Positions 24,139 through 36,825 of a stretch of DNA of 64,000 bases are shown here, one piece after another. Within the stretch, counting starts at the first letter, position 1; each line of letters starts with the position of its first letter. The notes beneath the pieces are model-generated. The model did not search any database. It worked only from the letters and a program-made list of their open reading frames with translations, and was not told the DNA's origin. The stretch is from Saccostrea cucullata (Eukaryota). The position numbers and the translations under genes were made by a program. The stretch is taken from contig NW_026935642.1 of assembly GCF_032062105.1 (NCBI RefSeq), positions 186,001 to 250,000 of the forward strand, given 5' to 3'.

Positions 24139-27100
24139 TTATTGGTTTTTGAGATTCTCCATTTTGATGACCCATGCCCATTTGCATGGCATTTTATTGG
24201 GTGGTAATGTCGGGAACTCTACAGCCATGGCAACATTTTTGAATATTGACCATTTTAATGGTTCCTTGACACCTATCATGGTGACCTTGGTGGTTGTCAT
24301 GGGAACTGGAACACCTAAGAGAAGTCTATTATCCTCAGGCCACGTGGTGACGATGCCATACACCACCGTGGCATTTCCTTGCTTCTTTGTGGTGTACCTA
24401 AAATCAGACATGATTACATGAATCTTCTCTCCTAGCATGCTCAATATAAATCTCCACTTGAAGGAAAAAAATGAATACCCCTTAAATGAAAATCAATTTA
24501 CAGAGAAACCAAAGAAAAACATCATCTGAATTTTATAGCATGTACTTTATCATTACTGACACCAGTATATCAATGCTAACTTGGGTGTATATTATTGGGT
24601 CTACATAAATCTTACCAAATCCCATGAAATGTTATGTTGTCTGTGCCTTCAATCCAAGGCTGGGTTTCATAAATGGCCTCCCCATTGACCTTGAGCCACT
24701 GACCCATTTGTCTGAGTCTCTCCTCAAAAACAGGAATGATAACTCCATCCGCTGTTGGTCCAACATTGATCAAGATATTTCCACCAAAACTAGAATTAGA
24801 GAAGAACGATAAAAAGTTGCTAAAGACGTGATGTAAATTCACCTTTTGTACATCCAACTAGTGAAGACTTTTTTCAGATACCATGTTGTATTTTGCATTG
24901 TACCTCCAGATTTGAATAATGATACTTAACTTCCAAACTCACCTAATGGTCTGTGCAATCTCTGTCAAGAGTTCCTCAATTGTTAGAACATCTTCTATCT
25001 GGATTTTACGACGATGTGTCCATGCCTTCTTGTCAACCGTCATGCAGTTCTCCCATTTGTGCTTGAAGATTTTTCCTGTAAAAAAATTATTTAATATGTA
25101 TAGATTTATTTCATTGGCAATGTCCCATGCACAGTTCAAGAGGATCTGGAGAGAGGGGTCAAGATCTGAATCCACACGTGAGTTTAAGGATGAAACAATC
25201 CTGCAAAATTAGACCTGTACGTGCAAGACAAATATTTACCCATTACTGTTCAACAAGAGGTGGAACTGCAGATCTTTTTTTTATACCTGGTTTGAACTTG
25301 TCCTGGCAGTTCCAGAAGCTTCCATGTTTACAGTTAGCATCTTTTCCCCAGCGGTCATTGGTTACTACTGTGTCTTTCACTGGGCTACAACAAAATCAAC
25401 CTGCCATCAACAACACATTCAAACTGCCATCAATCCCCTCAAAGACATAGGGCTATACGACACAATCAAACTGTCATCAGTCCCCTCAAAGACATAGGGC
25501 TATACAACACAATCAAACTGCCATCAGTCCCCTCAAAGACATAGAGCTATACAACACACTCAAACCGCCATCAGTCCCCTCAAAGACATAGGGCTATACA
25601 ACACCATCAAACTGTCAACATTCCCCTCAAAGACATATTAGGGCTATACAACACCATCAAACCGCCATCAGTCCCCTCAAAGACATAGGGCTATACAACA
25701 CCATCAAACCGCCATCAGACCCCTAAAAGACATAGGGCTATACAACACCATCAAACCGCCATCAGTCCCCTCAAAGACATAGGGCTATACAACACCATCA
25801 AACCGCCATCAGTCCCCTAAAAGACATAGGGCTATACAACACAATCAAACTGTCATCAGTCCTTAGTCCCCTCAAAGACATATGGCTATACAACACAATC
25901 AAACCGCCATCAGTCCCCTCAAAGACATAGGGCTATACAACACAATCAAACTGTCATCAGTCCCCTCAAAGACATAGGGCTATACAACACAATCAAACTG
26001 CCATCAGTCCCCTCAAAGACATAGGGCTATACAACACACTCAAACCCCCATCAGTCCCCTCAGAGACATAGGGCTATACAACACCATCAAACTGCCATCA
26101 GTCCCCTCAAAGACATAGGGCTATACAACACCATCAAACCACCATCAGTCCCCTCAAAGACATAGGGCTATACAACACAATCAAATTGTCATCAGTCCCC
26201 TCAAAGACATAGGGCTAGACAACACAATCAAACTGCCATCAGTCCCCTAAAAGACATAGGGCTATACAACACAATCAAACTGTCATCAGTCCCCTCAAAG
26301 ACATAGGGCTATACAACACAATCAAACTGTCATCAGTCCCCTCAAAGACATAGGGCTATACAACACAATCAAATGGCCATCAGTCCCCTTAAAGACATAG
26401 GGCTATACAACACAATCAAATGGCCATCAGTCCCCTCAAAGACATAGGGCTATACAACACAATCAAACCACCATCAGTTCCCTCAAAGACATAGGGCTAT
26501 ACAACACAATCAAACTGTCATCAGTCCCCTCAAAGACATAGGGCTATACAACACAATCAAACTGTCATCAGTCCCCTCAAAGACATAGGGCTATACAACA
26601 CAATCAAACTGTCATCAGTCCCCTCAAAGACATAGGGCTATACAACACAATCAAACCACCATCAGTTCCCTCAAAGACATAGGGCTATACAACACAATCA
26701 AACTGTCATCAGTCCCCTCAAAGACATACAGTACCGACCAGACCCAACCTGACACAAAGCAGTCCCAGAGCAGTCCCGGGGACTGCTTTCTGGGACTGCT
26801 TAAGCAGTCCCACAGCGGTCCCAGAGCAGTCCCACAGCAGTCCCAGAGCGGTCCCAGCGGTCCCAGAGAGCAGTCCCAGCAGTCCCAGTGGGCGGGGTTT
26901 ATTAATTTAATGGGCGGAGCTAACTCAGAAATGAGATTTGCAATAAACAATGGAACTATAAAAGGCAGTAGAAATTGATTCTGGGTAGTATGCCGGGACT
27001 CCTTACATGTATGCGAAGGTCATTTATGAACAGTACGCGCATAGAAACAAATTGAATTATTATTTATTGGAGGAAGAAGGGTTTCACACGTACATGTATG

Positions 27101-30100
27101 AATTAAACTGAACATGAACATTTAATCACAATTATCGGAAGTATCAAATTAATAATTCAATTTCTTTATTTTCTGTGATTTATACTGTGTCCCATTTATT
27201 TTTTATACAGAAAATTAAACGTGAATTAATTATTTTCCACCAGTAAGAATTAGATTTAAATAGATCTCATCATTATATGGCCAATTTCCATCCTAGCTGG
27301 ATTTTAGAAAATTCTTTTTTAATTTTGCCGAGTATTTTTTTCAGTCATGATTATTTTTACTGACATGTCAATTTAATTATGGTTAATATCTCTATCTCTA
27401 TAATACTCAGTTTTAAGCGTTTTATTTGTAAATGTTAGAATGTACATATCTAATTCACCAGAATGGAACCATCAGATTATGTTCAAAATTAATTAATCCT
27501 GAAAGAAATTCAAACACATTTTAGTAATCAATTTTATTTTTGCATTATATACCGGTAGATGGAAATTAGGGTCATTGTTGACCAGCATGTTCAATGATCT
27601 GAAACGCTGATACGTATACCAAAATAGCATGCACTGATTTTCTGCCCTAGGGCGATTGAAACCGCGGGTGTTGATACCAAGTAATAAACATTAATCGGCC
27701 AGGTACATGTAAACACAATCAAAAGAAAAAAGAAATTAATTACAATTCCCGGTATTTTCAACTCTTTATTTATAAAATAAATGTTCTCTTTTGATAACTT
27801 GTTTATAAATTAAAAACTACCGGTAATTCATTAATAAATTCTCCATTGATTATTCAAATTGTTTGCGCTATGGAAGAATGGTAGCATAATTTATTTCATG
27901 GTCATTTAATAAACTGTTAGGCTTTATTTTAGGGCTCCATGGGATACTTTTCTAGAGTGGTGCTCGTAAAACATGAAGCTTTTCAATTAAAAATATTATA
28001 TCTAACTGTATAAGGATTATTTTTAAATAGTGTCAATGCAAATTTTGAGTGCACATATTTTTACAATAAATAATAAAATAGACCTACATGTAGATATTTT
28101 TTTCTCATAAACCTGTAGTTTATTTTTTAGGGATAAAAATCTACTTCTGACTTCCTTATTTAATAACTTTATTTTTAAAAAAATATTTGTGTAAATGTAC
28201 AGTCTCTGAAAATATTAATTAACTATAATAATCTCTTCTTATGGAAAGATTGTAAGAAATCCTTTCTTTTTTAATAGTTTAAACTCCTCTCTGCTGCTAG
28301 TAAACAAAACAAGTGGGAGCCTGCAAATTCAGAATACACAAAGGGGCGGAGCTATCATGTCACTCAGAACTTCTTTCACGCATGAGTGAACAAAGCAGTC
28401 CCAGAAAGCAGTCCCAGGGACAGCTGGGACTGCTTGGTCTGCTTTTTAGAGCAGTCCCAGGGCAGTCCCATAGCAGTCCCACAGCGGTCCCAGAGCAGTC
28501 CCATAGCAGTCCCAGAGCGGTCCCAAAGCAGTCCCGGGGACTGCTTTCTGGGACTGCTTTGGTGTCAGGTTGGGTCTGGTCGGTACTGTAGGGCTAGACA
28601 ACACAATCAAACTGTCATCAGTCCCCTCAAAGACATAGGGCTATACAACACAATCAAACTGTCATCAGTCCCCTCAAAGACATAGGGCTATACAACACAA
28701 TCAAATGGCCATCAGTCCCCTTAAAGACATAGGGCTATACAACACAATCAAATGGCCATCAGTCCCCTCAAAGACATAGGGCTATACAACACAATCAAAC
28801 CACCATCAGTTCCCTCAAAGACATAGGGCTATACAACACAATCAAACTGTCATCAGTCCCCTCAAAGACATAGGGCTATACAACACAATCAAACCACCAT
28901 CAGTTCCCTCAAAGACATAGGGCTATACAACACAATCAAACTGTCTTCAGTCCCCTCAAAGACATAGGGCTATACAACACAATCAAACTGTCATCAGTCC
29001 CCTCAAAGACATAGAGCTATACAACACAATCAAACTGCCATCAGTCCCCTCAAAGACATAGGGCTTTACAACACAATCAAACTGCAATCATTCCTCTCAA
29101 AGACATAGGGCTATACAACACAATCAAACTGTCATCGGTCCCCTCAAAGACATAGGGCTATACAACACAATCAAACTGTCATCAGTCCCCTCAAAGACAT
29201 AGGGCTATACATTGAACACAATCAAATGGCCATCAGTACCCTCAAAGACATAGGGCTATACAACACAATCAAACTGTCATCAGTCCCCTCAAAGACAGGA
29301 CACAATTTGCCATCATTCCCTCCAACACTCCCAAAGGTTTACTAAATATTAAATCTATCCTTCCTATTATAGCATTCTTATTTGGTGAAAAAGAGTTACT
29401 TTAATATCTTTTAAAAAGATTTTGAATACACATCTGTATGAATAGTGTCTGTTATGCATAAATTTCAAATTCTTACCTGTCATTAAAGAGCCAGGCCAAG
29501 AATTCCGTTGAGTTCCAGTAAGTACTATTTTCATTCCAGTCTCCATCTGACCAGACCACCTCAGGTTTATACCTGTTTACAAGCTCGTACAGCTCAGGTA
29601 AGGCTTTGTTCTACAAACATTGAACAAAGAATTGTGAGCTTGAAGTCCTGAATTAATTTTGAAACATTCAAAGCTTTAGTAAGAATTACCACTCTACAAA
29701 TTTCATTATGATCCTTGTAAGACAACTGTTGGTCACTCCTAGTTCAATTATTTTGCCAATCTGTTTGGAGTTCCCTGTTCCTAATCAAGAAGTCTAATTA
29801 CATTTAAACAATTTCACTTACCCAAACAAAATTCTCCTGTTATAATTATATACATGTACTTACCCGAACAAAATTTTGTGTTTTGTGCTTGTTGGCTACA
29901 TCTTGTAGATACAGAGGGTTGTAAAACTCAAAAAGAGAATGGTAAACTCCAAAGTGAATGTCTGTCCTGTTCCTTATGGAGTCTGCCAGGGCACCTTTAA
30001 GACATATAATACTTCTACATTGACAGATTACAAGTAAATACTAAAAGAGATACACAGGAGAAATGAGCTTCGAGACCAGTGGCTGCAGAATTATAGCCTT

Positions 30101-33100
30101 CTGAGACAGGAATTTCAGATAGACCTATCTAGGGTTTGTCTGAGACAGGAATTTCAGATAGACCTATCCTGGGTTTGTCTGAGTTAGGAATTTCAGATAG
30201 ACCTATCCTGGGTTTGTCTGAGTTAGGAATTTCAGATAGACCTATCTAGGGTTTGTCTGAGTTAGGAATTTCAGATAGACCTATCTAGGGTTTGTCTGAG
30301 TTAGGAATTTCAGATGAGACAGGAATTTCAGATAGATCTATCTAGGGTTTGTCTGAGTTAGGAATTTCAGATAGACTTATCTAGGGTTTGTCTGAGTTAG
30401 GAATTTCAGATAGACCTATCTAGGGTTTGTCTGAGTTAGGAATTTCAGATAGACCTATCTAGGGTTTGTCTGAGTTAGGAATTTCAGATAGACCTATCTA
30501 GGGTTTGTCTGAGTTAGGAATTTCAGATAGACCTATCTAGGGTTTGTCTGAGTTAGGAATTTCAGATAGACCTATCTAGGGTTTGTCTGAGTTAGGAATT
30601 TCAGATAGACCTATCTAGGGTTTGTCTGAGTTAGGAATTTCAGATAGACCTATCCTGGGTTTGTCTGAGTTAGGAATTTCAGATAGACCTATCCTGGGTT
30701 TGTCTGAGTTATGAATTTCAGATAGACCTATCTAGGGTTTGTCTGAGACAGGAATTTCAGATAGACCTATCCTGGGTTTGTCTGAGTTAGGAATTTCAGA
30801 TAGACCTATCCTGGGTTTGTCTGTGTTGATTTTCTGTCCTAGAGATCTACAGTTCTGCAGCAACTAGACCTTGAGGATCAATCTTAAACAGATGTTATTT
30901 TTACCAGCAAAAGGTAGGCATATCCTACAAGAAACTAATTCAGATCTAATTCCTTCTTCATCTTTACAAATTAAGTTGAAGCTAACATACCCAAAAAATA
31001 TTCAAGTACAGGTATCAAATAAGGTGTACGTACAATGTAGGTGGCATGCACAGTATGTGGCAAAGGATAGAGGAAGATGGAGAAGCTTGATGAAGCCTTA
31101 TGTCCCATCCGGGATGAAGAGGATAAGTAAGTACAATGTATTAATAAGATGGTCAACATCACAATTTGTTATACCCTTATAAATAGCTATATATTTATTA
31201 CTAATAAAAAGTCCAACAAAAGAAATATGTCTAACAATTTCACTGCTTCGTCACAAGTAATGTCACTGCTTCGTCACAAGTAATTATCGTTCAGTATCAG
31301 TGACACGGAAATAGCCGAAGTTAAGAACTGCAAGAGTTGTTGCTACTAGCAAGAAAGAAGGGAAGAGTATGTTTTGTGATAAATAATTTTTGTGATATAA
31401 TAACAATATAATTAATTTTGTTCTTTCTCCGCTATTGTTTTTTATTTACTGGTTAAGTCATAATTTTCCATATAAAGTACCAGGTAATTGATAATATAGT
31501 GTGTATTGATTAAATCTTAAGTGACCACTGAAAGGTATAACAAAACAGTTATAGACTGGGATTCGGGCAACATATGATTTGTTGGACCTGAAGGTGAAAA
31601 TTTTTCCCTTGGCCTGCGGCCTCAGGCAACATTTTCACCTTCAGGTCCAACAAATCATATGTTGCCCTCATACCCAGTCAATAACTGTATATTAGTACTG
31701 CGTGTGTACACTATATTACAATTGATCCATACCAACAAGGTCTCTGTGTGGCCCTACATCATAAGCATTCCAGTTAAATGACACTGGGGAGGGCCACAGT
31801 GTGTATCCTTCATGATGTTTTGTCACCAACACAACATACCTACAAAGACATAAAATAATGCTACCCAAGACTTGGTTAATGAAGAATGCTTTTTTTTTTT
31901 TTTTTTTTTTTACATAATATGATTATGGAACAGGAAAGGAGAAAGTGTATACTACTCTGACTGCCGGGATTAAGAATTGAACCGGGCTAGGACTCCTATA
32001 CATCTGGTCAAGCAGTCTAGCAGCTGAGCTATCCAGGCTAATATCAATATCCCAGACCATTACATTCCTCCCACCTTAAATTAATTGTCTTTGCCCTTGA
32101 AGACACAACCCAATTTGCAAATATTTACTGGCATTGGACTTTTGTCAACTCCAAAGAGCGCTGACTTTTACAGTTGACAGCTTACTTTTACGTTTAGATA
32201 ATAAAGGGAAGCTCTTTTTTGAAAAAAAAAATATTTAGCTTACATTTAATTAAATGAAAATAATGTAATAAAATAAAGCAATATTAAAAAGTTGCGTAAT
32301 TACGTGAGAGAATGTGACAGCGAAAATTTAATTCTCACGTATAATAGCATTCCTTAAGATTATATAGAGCAATAACCACAATTCGTGAAAATTTTGTCTC
32401 TCTTATCAAAAGTCAATGACTATCTCGCGAAAATAAGGTGTCAGGAAAATATGGTGATCTACAGTAAATGAAAATAATGTGATAAAATAAAGCACATATT
32501 AAAAAGTTGCAATGAAGAATCTGACAACCATTCTATAATCCTATAATATTGCCCTTCACATGCTGGTACCCCAAACCACTAGAAAGACTTTTTTATCTGT
32601 TGTCAATTATGTCCCTTCATACATGATCGACCCAGACCTGTTTAAATGCAAAAGTAAACCGTCAACTGTAAAAGTTAGTGCTTCTCACAAAAGTCCATTT
32701 GTCATATGGCCATCCAGGGTCGGTCAACAGCATCAAATTATTTCTACTTCTGCTGCGGACCCCATCAGTCACTGATGATACGGCCACTTCAGAAAGGAGA
32801 AAATGTGTGGCTGGATCAGAAACCATGCACACCTGCAACCCTGTGTCACAATGCAGTCAGGTTCTCAGGATTCAGACCGAGCTACTAAGGCAGATCAAAA
32901 TATCAAAATTAAGCCCAAACAATTACAGTCATACTGTAACAATACACATATTCAAGACCCTAGTCCCTGTCATTGGATTAGATATACAATGTCTTCTATA
33001 AAATAGGGTTACAAGGAACATGTAAGCATAACATGCTTCAATGAATTTACTTTAATTTACAGTAAAATTATTTTCATTCTCTGTAAATTAAGTTAATAGA

Positions 33101-34068
33101 GAGGTTAAGCATTTGACCGTGTACGTCTACTTGTACGTGTAAACCTAGAAGTGATTTTACACGTACGCGTTACTATCATCGTGTTCTGTTTAAAAAAACT
33201 GCACGTGTACCGGTACGTGTAAAACGTCATTTTAGCAAGGCATTTTAAAATCCATTTGTATCAAATAAATCTATGACTCGAAATAAAAAAGATACATTAG
33301 ATGTACGTAATAAATTCTCAACTTCATACCAAACACCGGCTGAAAAATATATATTATGTAGTTTGAGTTTAAGAAGCTACAAGTTCTCACCTACGTGTAC
33401 TAGCAAATCTACACGTTATGTACAACTTGTAGAATTACGCGGTATGCAAAACTGATGACGTAAATCGCATTAAACTAGGGGATTTCCCTAGCTACACGTA
33501 CACGTTGACGTACACGGTCATCTGCTTAACCTCTCTTAGACTAATATTACGTTTATTAATACAATCAAATCAAAATTGTATATTCCGGGCACTTCATTTT
33601 CAGTGAGCTTTACTGTGTACTAAACAGATAATTCTAATTTACAAACATATTTCATCTTTTCTAAGATTCTGAGAATCTCTACTTAATATAATATGTATGT
33701 ATTGTGATTTCAAAGACAAATTAATTATACTTTGCCCCCGACGCCTCGAAGAGATCCGCCCACTTGTCAGGGTCGTAAAAAGTGGCATGGAATTCCGGAG
33801 CAAAATCTGCATAAGTGAAATCTTCACGGTAATTGTCCTTCATAAATTTCACAGTTTCTGGGTCCTTGTCAGTTTTCCAGTTATACCAAAACCAGGCACC
33901 CTTGAAAGCAGGGACAGAAAACACTCCCCAGTGAAGAAATATTCCTATCTTGGATTCATCATACCACTTCGGCAGCGGTCTTGTATCAAGAGATTCCCAA
34001 GTTGGCTCATATTTTGTGGCTATGGAACAAGTCTGTGTAAGTAACAAAATAACTAGACTTACTTTCAT
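24139..34068 (-). CDS. FUCA: Alpha-L-fucosidase (GH29), paralogue A
   Basis: Exons 34068-33731, 31839-31733, 29994-29864, 29610-29477, 25384-25287, 25075-24943, 24789-24616, 24397-24139. Signal peptide then [46 protein letters not shown] (nucleophile Asp), [28 protein letters not shown]. Confidence 0.93.
25400..29297. repeat. 45-bp minisatellite (~45 units) in FUCA-A intron 4, abutting the exon 5 acceptor
   Basis: Unit atcagtcccctcaaagacatagggctatacaacacaatcaaactgtc; ~29 units left and ~16 right of an inserted transposon. Confidence 0.97.
26729..28588. mobile_element. Non-autonomous Tc1/mariner-like element (1860 bp) inserted in the minisatellite
   Basis: TIR cagtaccgaccagacccaacctgacac...; the TA of the repeat unit is duplicated (gaca-TA|element|TA-gggct); subterminal cagtccca repeats. 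Confidence 0.88.
30075..30870. repeat. 39-bp tandem repeat (~18 units) enclosed by inverted arms (MITE-like), FUCA-A intron 2
   Basis: Unit ctgagttaggaatttcagatagacctatctagggtttgt; flanks ccagtggctgcagaattatag... / ...ctacagttctgcagcaactag are inverted. Confidence 0.9.
31040..31130 (+). mobile_element. 5'-truncated RTE-clade LINE 3' end with 10-bp TSD
   Basis: Encodes [14 protein letters not shown] then (frameshifted) [11 protein letters not shown], typical of RTE ORF2 C-termini; (taag)n tail; TSD gtacaatgta at 31030-31039 and 31131-31140. Confidence 0.75.
31547..31691. mobile_element. Long terminal hairpin of a non-autonomous repeat (possibly Crypton-like)
   Basis: cagttatagactggg...gggcaacatatgatttgttggacctgaaggtgaaaat...attttcaccttcaggtccaacaaatcatatgttgccc...cccagtcaataactg. 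Confidence 0.6.
31926..32110 (-). mobile_element. Degenerate TRIM-like LTR with tRNA-like core and PPT
   Basis: On the - strand ttaaggtgggaggaa|TGTAATGG...ctggatagctcagctg...; homologous to 11766-12900 and 19343-19471. A further decayed copy lies at ~32790-32900. Confidence 0.55.
33098..33536. mobile_element. MITE
   Basis: TIR agagaggttaagcatttgaccgtgtacgtc / gacgtacacggtcatctgcttaacctctct. Confidence 0.8.
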
Positions 34069-34223
34069 TTTTGTAAACTTTGGCACGTGATTGGGAAAGC
34101 TTCGGTTGAATTCCGTGTTTTCTCGAACAAAAACCGTAGATTTTCCCCAAGTACGAACTGCAATCGCATCATCTCGGGTCTTTCCGTCAGAGATCGGACA
34201 AACAACCTCGAGGTTTTTCGTTT

Positions 34224-35344
34224 GGGTACAAGTCAAAACGGCACCTGGTGAAAACGGCACTTAGGAAATATGCAAAACGGCACTTGAGAGTAGTCAAAAC
34301 GGCACTTTAGAAAAGTCAGAACGGTACTTTTTTTATTTTGAGAATTTGATATTGTTTATACAGAAAATGGATCTTTATGTTACATTTATAGTAATAAATG
34401 TGTATATTATTTTTAAAAAGTTTAAAAAATATTTTAGGAAAAAAATTAAACTGATTCATTTGAAAATTATTATACTTTTGTACAGGGGTTAGATTTTTAC
34501 AATGTATTTATATTTTAAATCATATATATTTATTTACTACAAAAAAAAATCCCAATTATATTATTATGATCCTTTGAAATTAAAAAATTTATAGTGTTGT
34601 AAATATGTATACTACTCTGTTTTGGGGGTTGCCAGTCACAGTTGACTAATTAGAAGCCAGTTAGAGTATGTTTATAAGAATACACTTGTAGGTTTAGGAA
34701 ACAAAAGACCATTTCACACCTCCCCTTCAATAATCTGTTGATCGTCAGTTTGCAATCATATACAGCTACTATTGTGTATTTCTCGACAAAATGTCATTAC
34801 AAATGGATTGTACACAAGTTAGAAAAACTTAGATAATCCTCTCGCAACTGTACATAAAATATGAGTAGCCATACAACATTTAATAATATAATAAACATGT
34901 ACATACAAGAACAAAACATTTGTTTTTTTACAATGAAGATATACAATGTTGATATTGTTAAAATAATTTCTACAGAATTAGATAGAAATGTGGCAAGACA
35001 ATTTACTGTAAATATATTTTTTTTAAAATCATTTACACCATTTTTCATTTTATCAATACTACACTACAAATATAATTATTCTAAATCCCACATATTGTTG
35101 TGTTATAGCTTAAAAATACTACCTTTAAAAATAGATTGAAAATAAAGCAAAATTGAAGTCACAAAAAATTCTAAAGTCAATAATTTAAATTTTGACTTAA
35201 AAAGAACTTATGTGAAATATATATCATAACACTGTTATATACTTTTTTCTCTAAGTGCCGTTTTAACCAAGTGCCGTTTTGCATATTCCAGGTGCCGTTT
35301 TCACCAGGTGCCATTTTCACTAGGTGCCGTTCTAACCATAATTC
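34224..35344. mobile_element. Non-autonomous DNA transposon with aaaacggcac subterminal repeats, in the FUCA-A promoter
   Basis: Five aaaacggcac repeats at left and inverted gtgccgtttt repeats at right; direct repeat tttcgttt at 34216-34223 and 35345-35352. Confidence 0.75.
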
Positions 35345-35959
35345 TTTCGTTTTTCCGCTAGTCGGAAAGGTCCGAGAAGTTGCGATTGGTAAAACTCGGG
35401 TGATTAGTAAAGTGACGGAATCACCCGAGGTTTGTCGAATGATTTTTCAATGTTTACACAAGTTACATGTGATCGATATATACTTCTCTAGTAAAAAAAA
35501 ATATCTTACTAAAAAATATATCGGAAAAGAAAAGTTCTTTTATCAATTATTTCATTTAAAAAATGAAAACTAATTTTACAATTAAACAGTTACATAATGA
35601 AATTAAAGTTCTACTTTTATTTGTTTTCCAATCCTTTCAGAAGATATCATGCCAAGATATCCCGTCCGGTTTTCCAAAGCGATGTTCAAAGTCAATGAAA
35701 GTGTAATTGATGCAAATAACCCACATTCCCCTAACGCTGGCAAGACAATTTACGACAGCAGACTTCGGGGGGGGGGGGGGGTTTCAGGGACTTTTCGGAC
35801 GTCCACTACGACGTAGTGGATTTTGAGAAGATGGGTTTTAAAGTTTTCAGCTTAATATATTTCAATGCCATGAATAAAAGTTCTTGTCAAAAACCTTTAT
35901 TTATTTACAAAATACTTAAAATACCCCCATGCACTGGTACCAAGATCATAAAAATCGGT

Positions 35960-36790
35960 TATGGTATAAGATTCAGAATCTGTACGTACATTACCTAAGG
36001 ATGCTTCCACATTCATTTCAGCTTTTCTGGCCCAGTGGTTTTTGAGAAGATTTTAAAAGATTTTTCCAATGCTAGTATATTCCAATGTAAAATTTGGATT
36101 CACAATCCCATCCTACCCCCGGAGGTCATGTGTTGAACAATTTAGTATCTGAACTACACCAAGATGCAACCACAAAAGTTTCAGTTATTCTGCATTGTTC
36201 AGTGGATCTAGAGAAGAATTAATACCGGTATATATTTTTAAAGATTGTTTTTCTATATATTTAAATATAAAACTTGGATTCTATATTGTGAACCCATCCT
36301 ACACTCCCCATGCAAGATGCTTCCACAAGTTGAACAGCTTTTCTGGTCCCGTGATTCTTGAAAAAAAAAACACTTTAATGACCCCACCCTATTTTTGTCT
36401 TTTCTTGATTACAATACAAACAGAATTTTTAGCGAGGACTTAATTTTGGCATTATTAGCGAAGGTACCAAGATCGCTAAAATTGAATATCGCTAAAATTA
36501 ATTTTATTTGTAATAGCTTCTTTAGTGAGCGTCTTAAATTCGCTAAAATTATATCTCGCTATGAATAAAATACCAATTTTAAGGACAAATCGCTAAATTT
36601 GCGACTCGCTAAAATTTCCACTTATCTTGCCTTTTAATGTGACTTTGCCATTTATTCTAACAATTTTAACTCCTCATCACCTAAAAAAACATTGTGCCAA
36701 GTTTGTGGTTAAATTTTGCCTAATGGTTCTTGAAAAGAAGTTCAAATTGTGAAAAGTTTACAGACAAACGGACAATCGGCGGGACAAATG

Positions 36791-36821
<31 letters not shown>

Positions 36822-36825
36822 TTCA
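35960..36825 (-). mobile_element. Decayed HINE with Cg170-like units, interrupted by a MITE fragment (~36420-36625)
   Basis: Similar to 22686-23932, including gatcagaaaagctcacttgagctttcag. Confidence 0.65.

Noticed and set aside
26651-28685. Short ORFs (WDC/QSP-rich) in the 1.86-kb element as a transposase
   Set aside because: They are translations of 11-bp subterminal repeats; no DDE/D motif or long ORF.
25400-30830. Repeat arrays as CRISPR-like loci
   Set aside because: Head-to-tail units with no unique spacers, no cas genes, and a eukaryotic intron context.
34069-34260. N-terminal extension of the FUCA-A ORF in the ORF track (179 aa)
   Set aside because: It starts at a non-ATG codon inside the transposon terminus. 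The ATG at 34068 directly precedes a signal peptide matching paralogue B.
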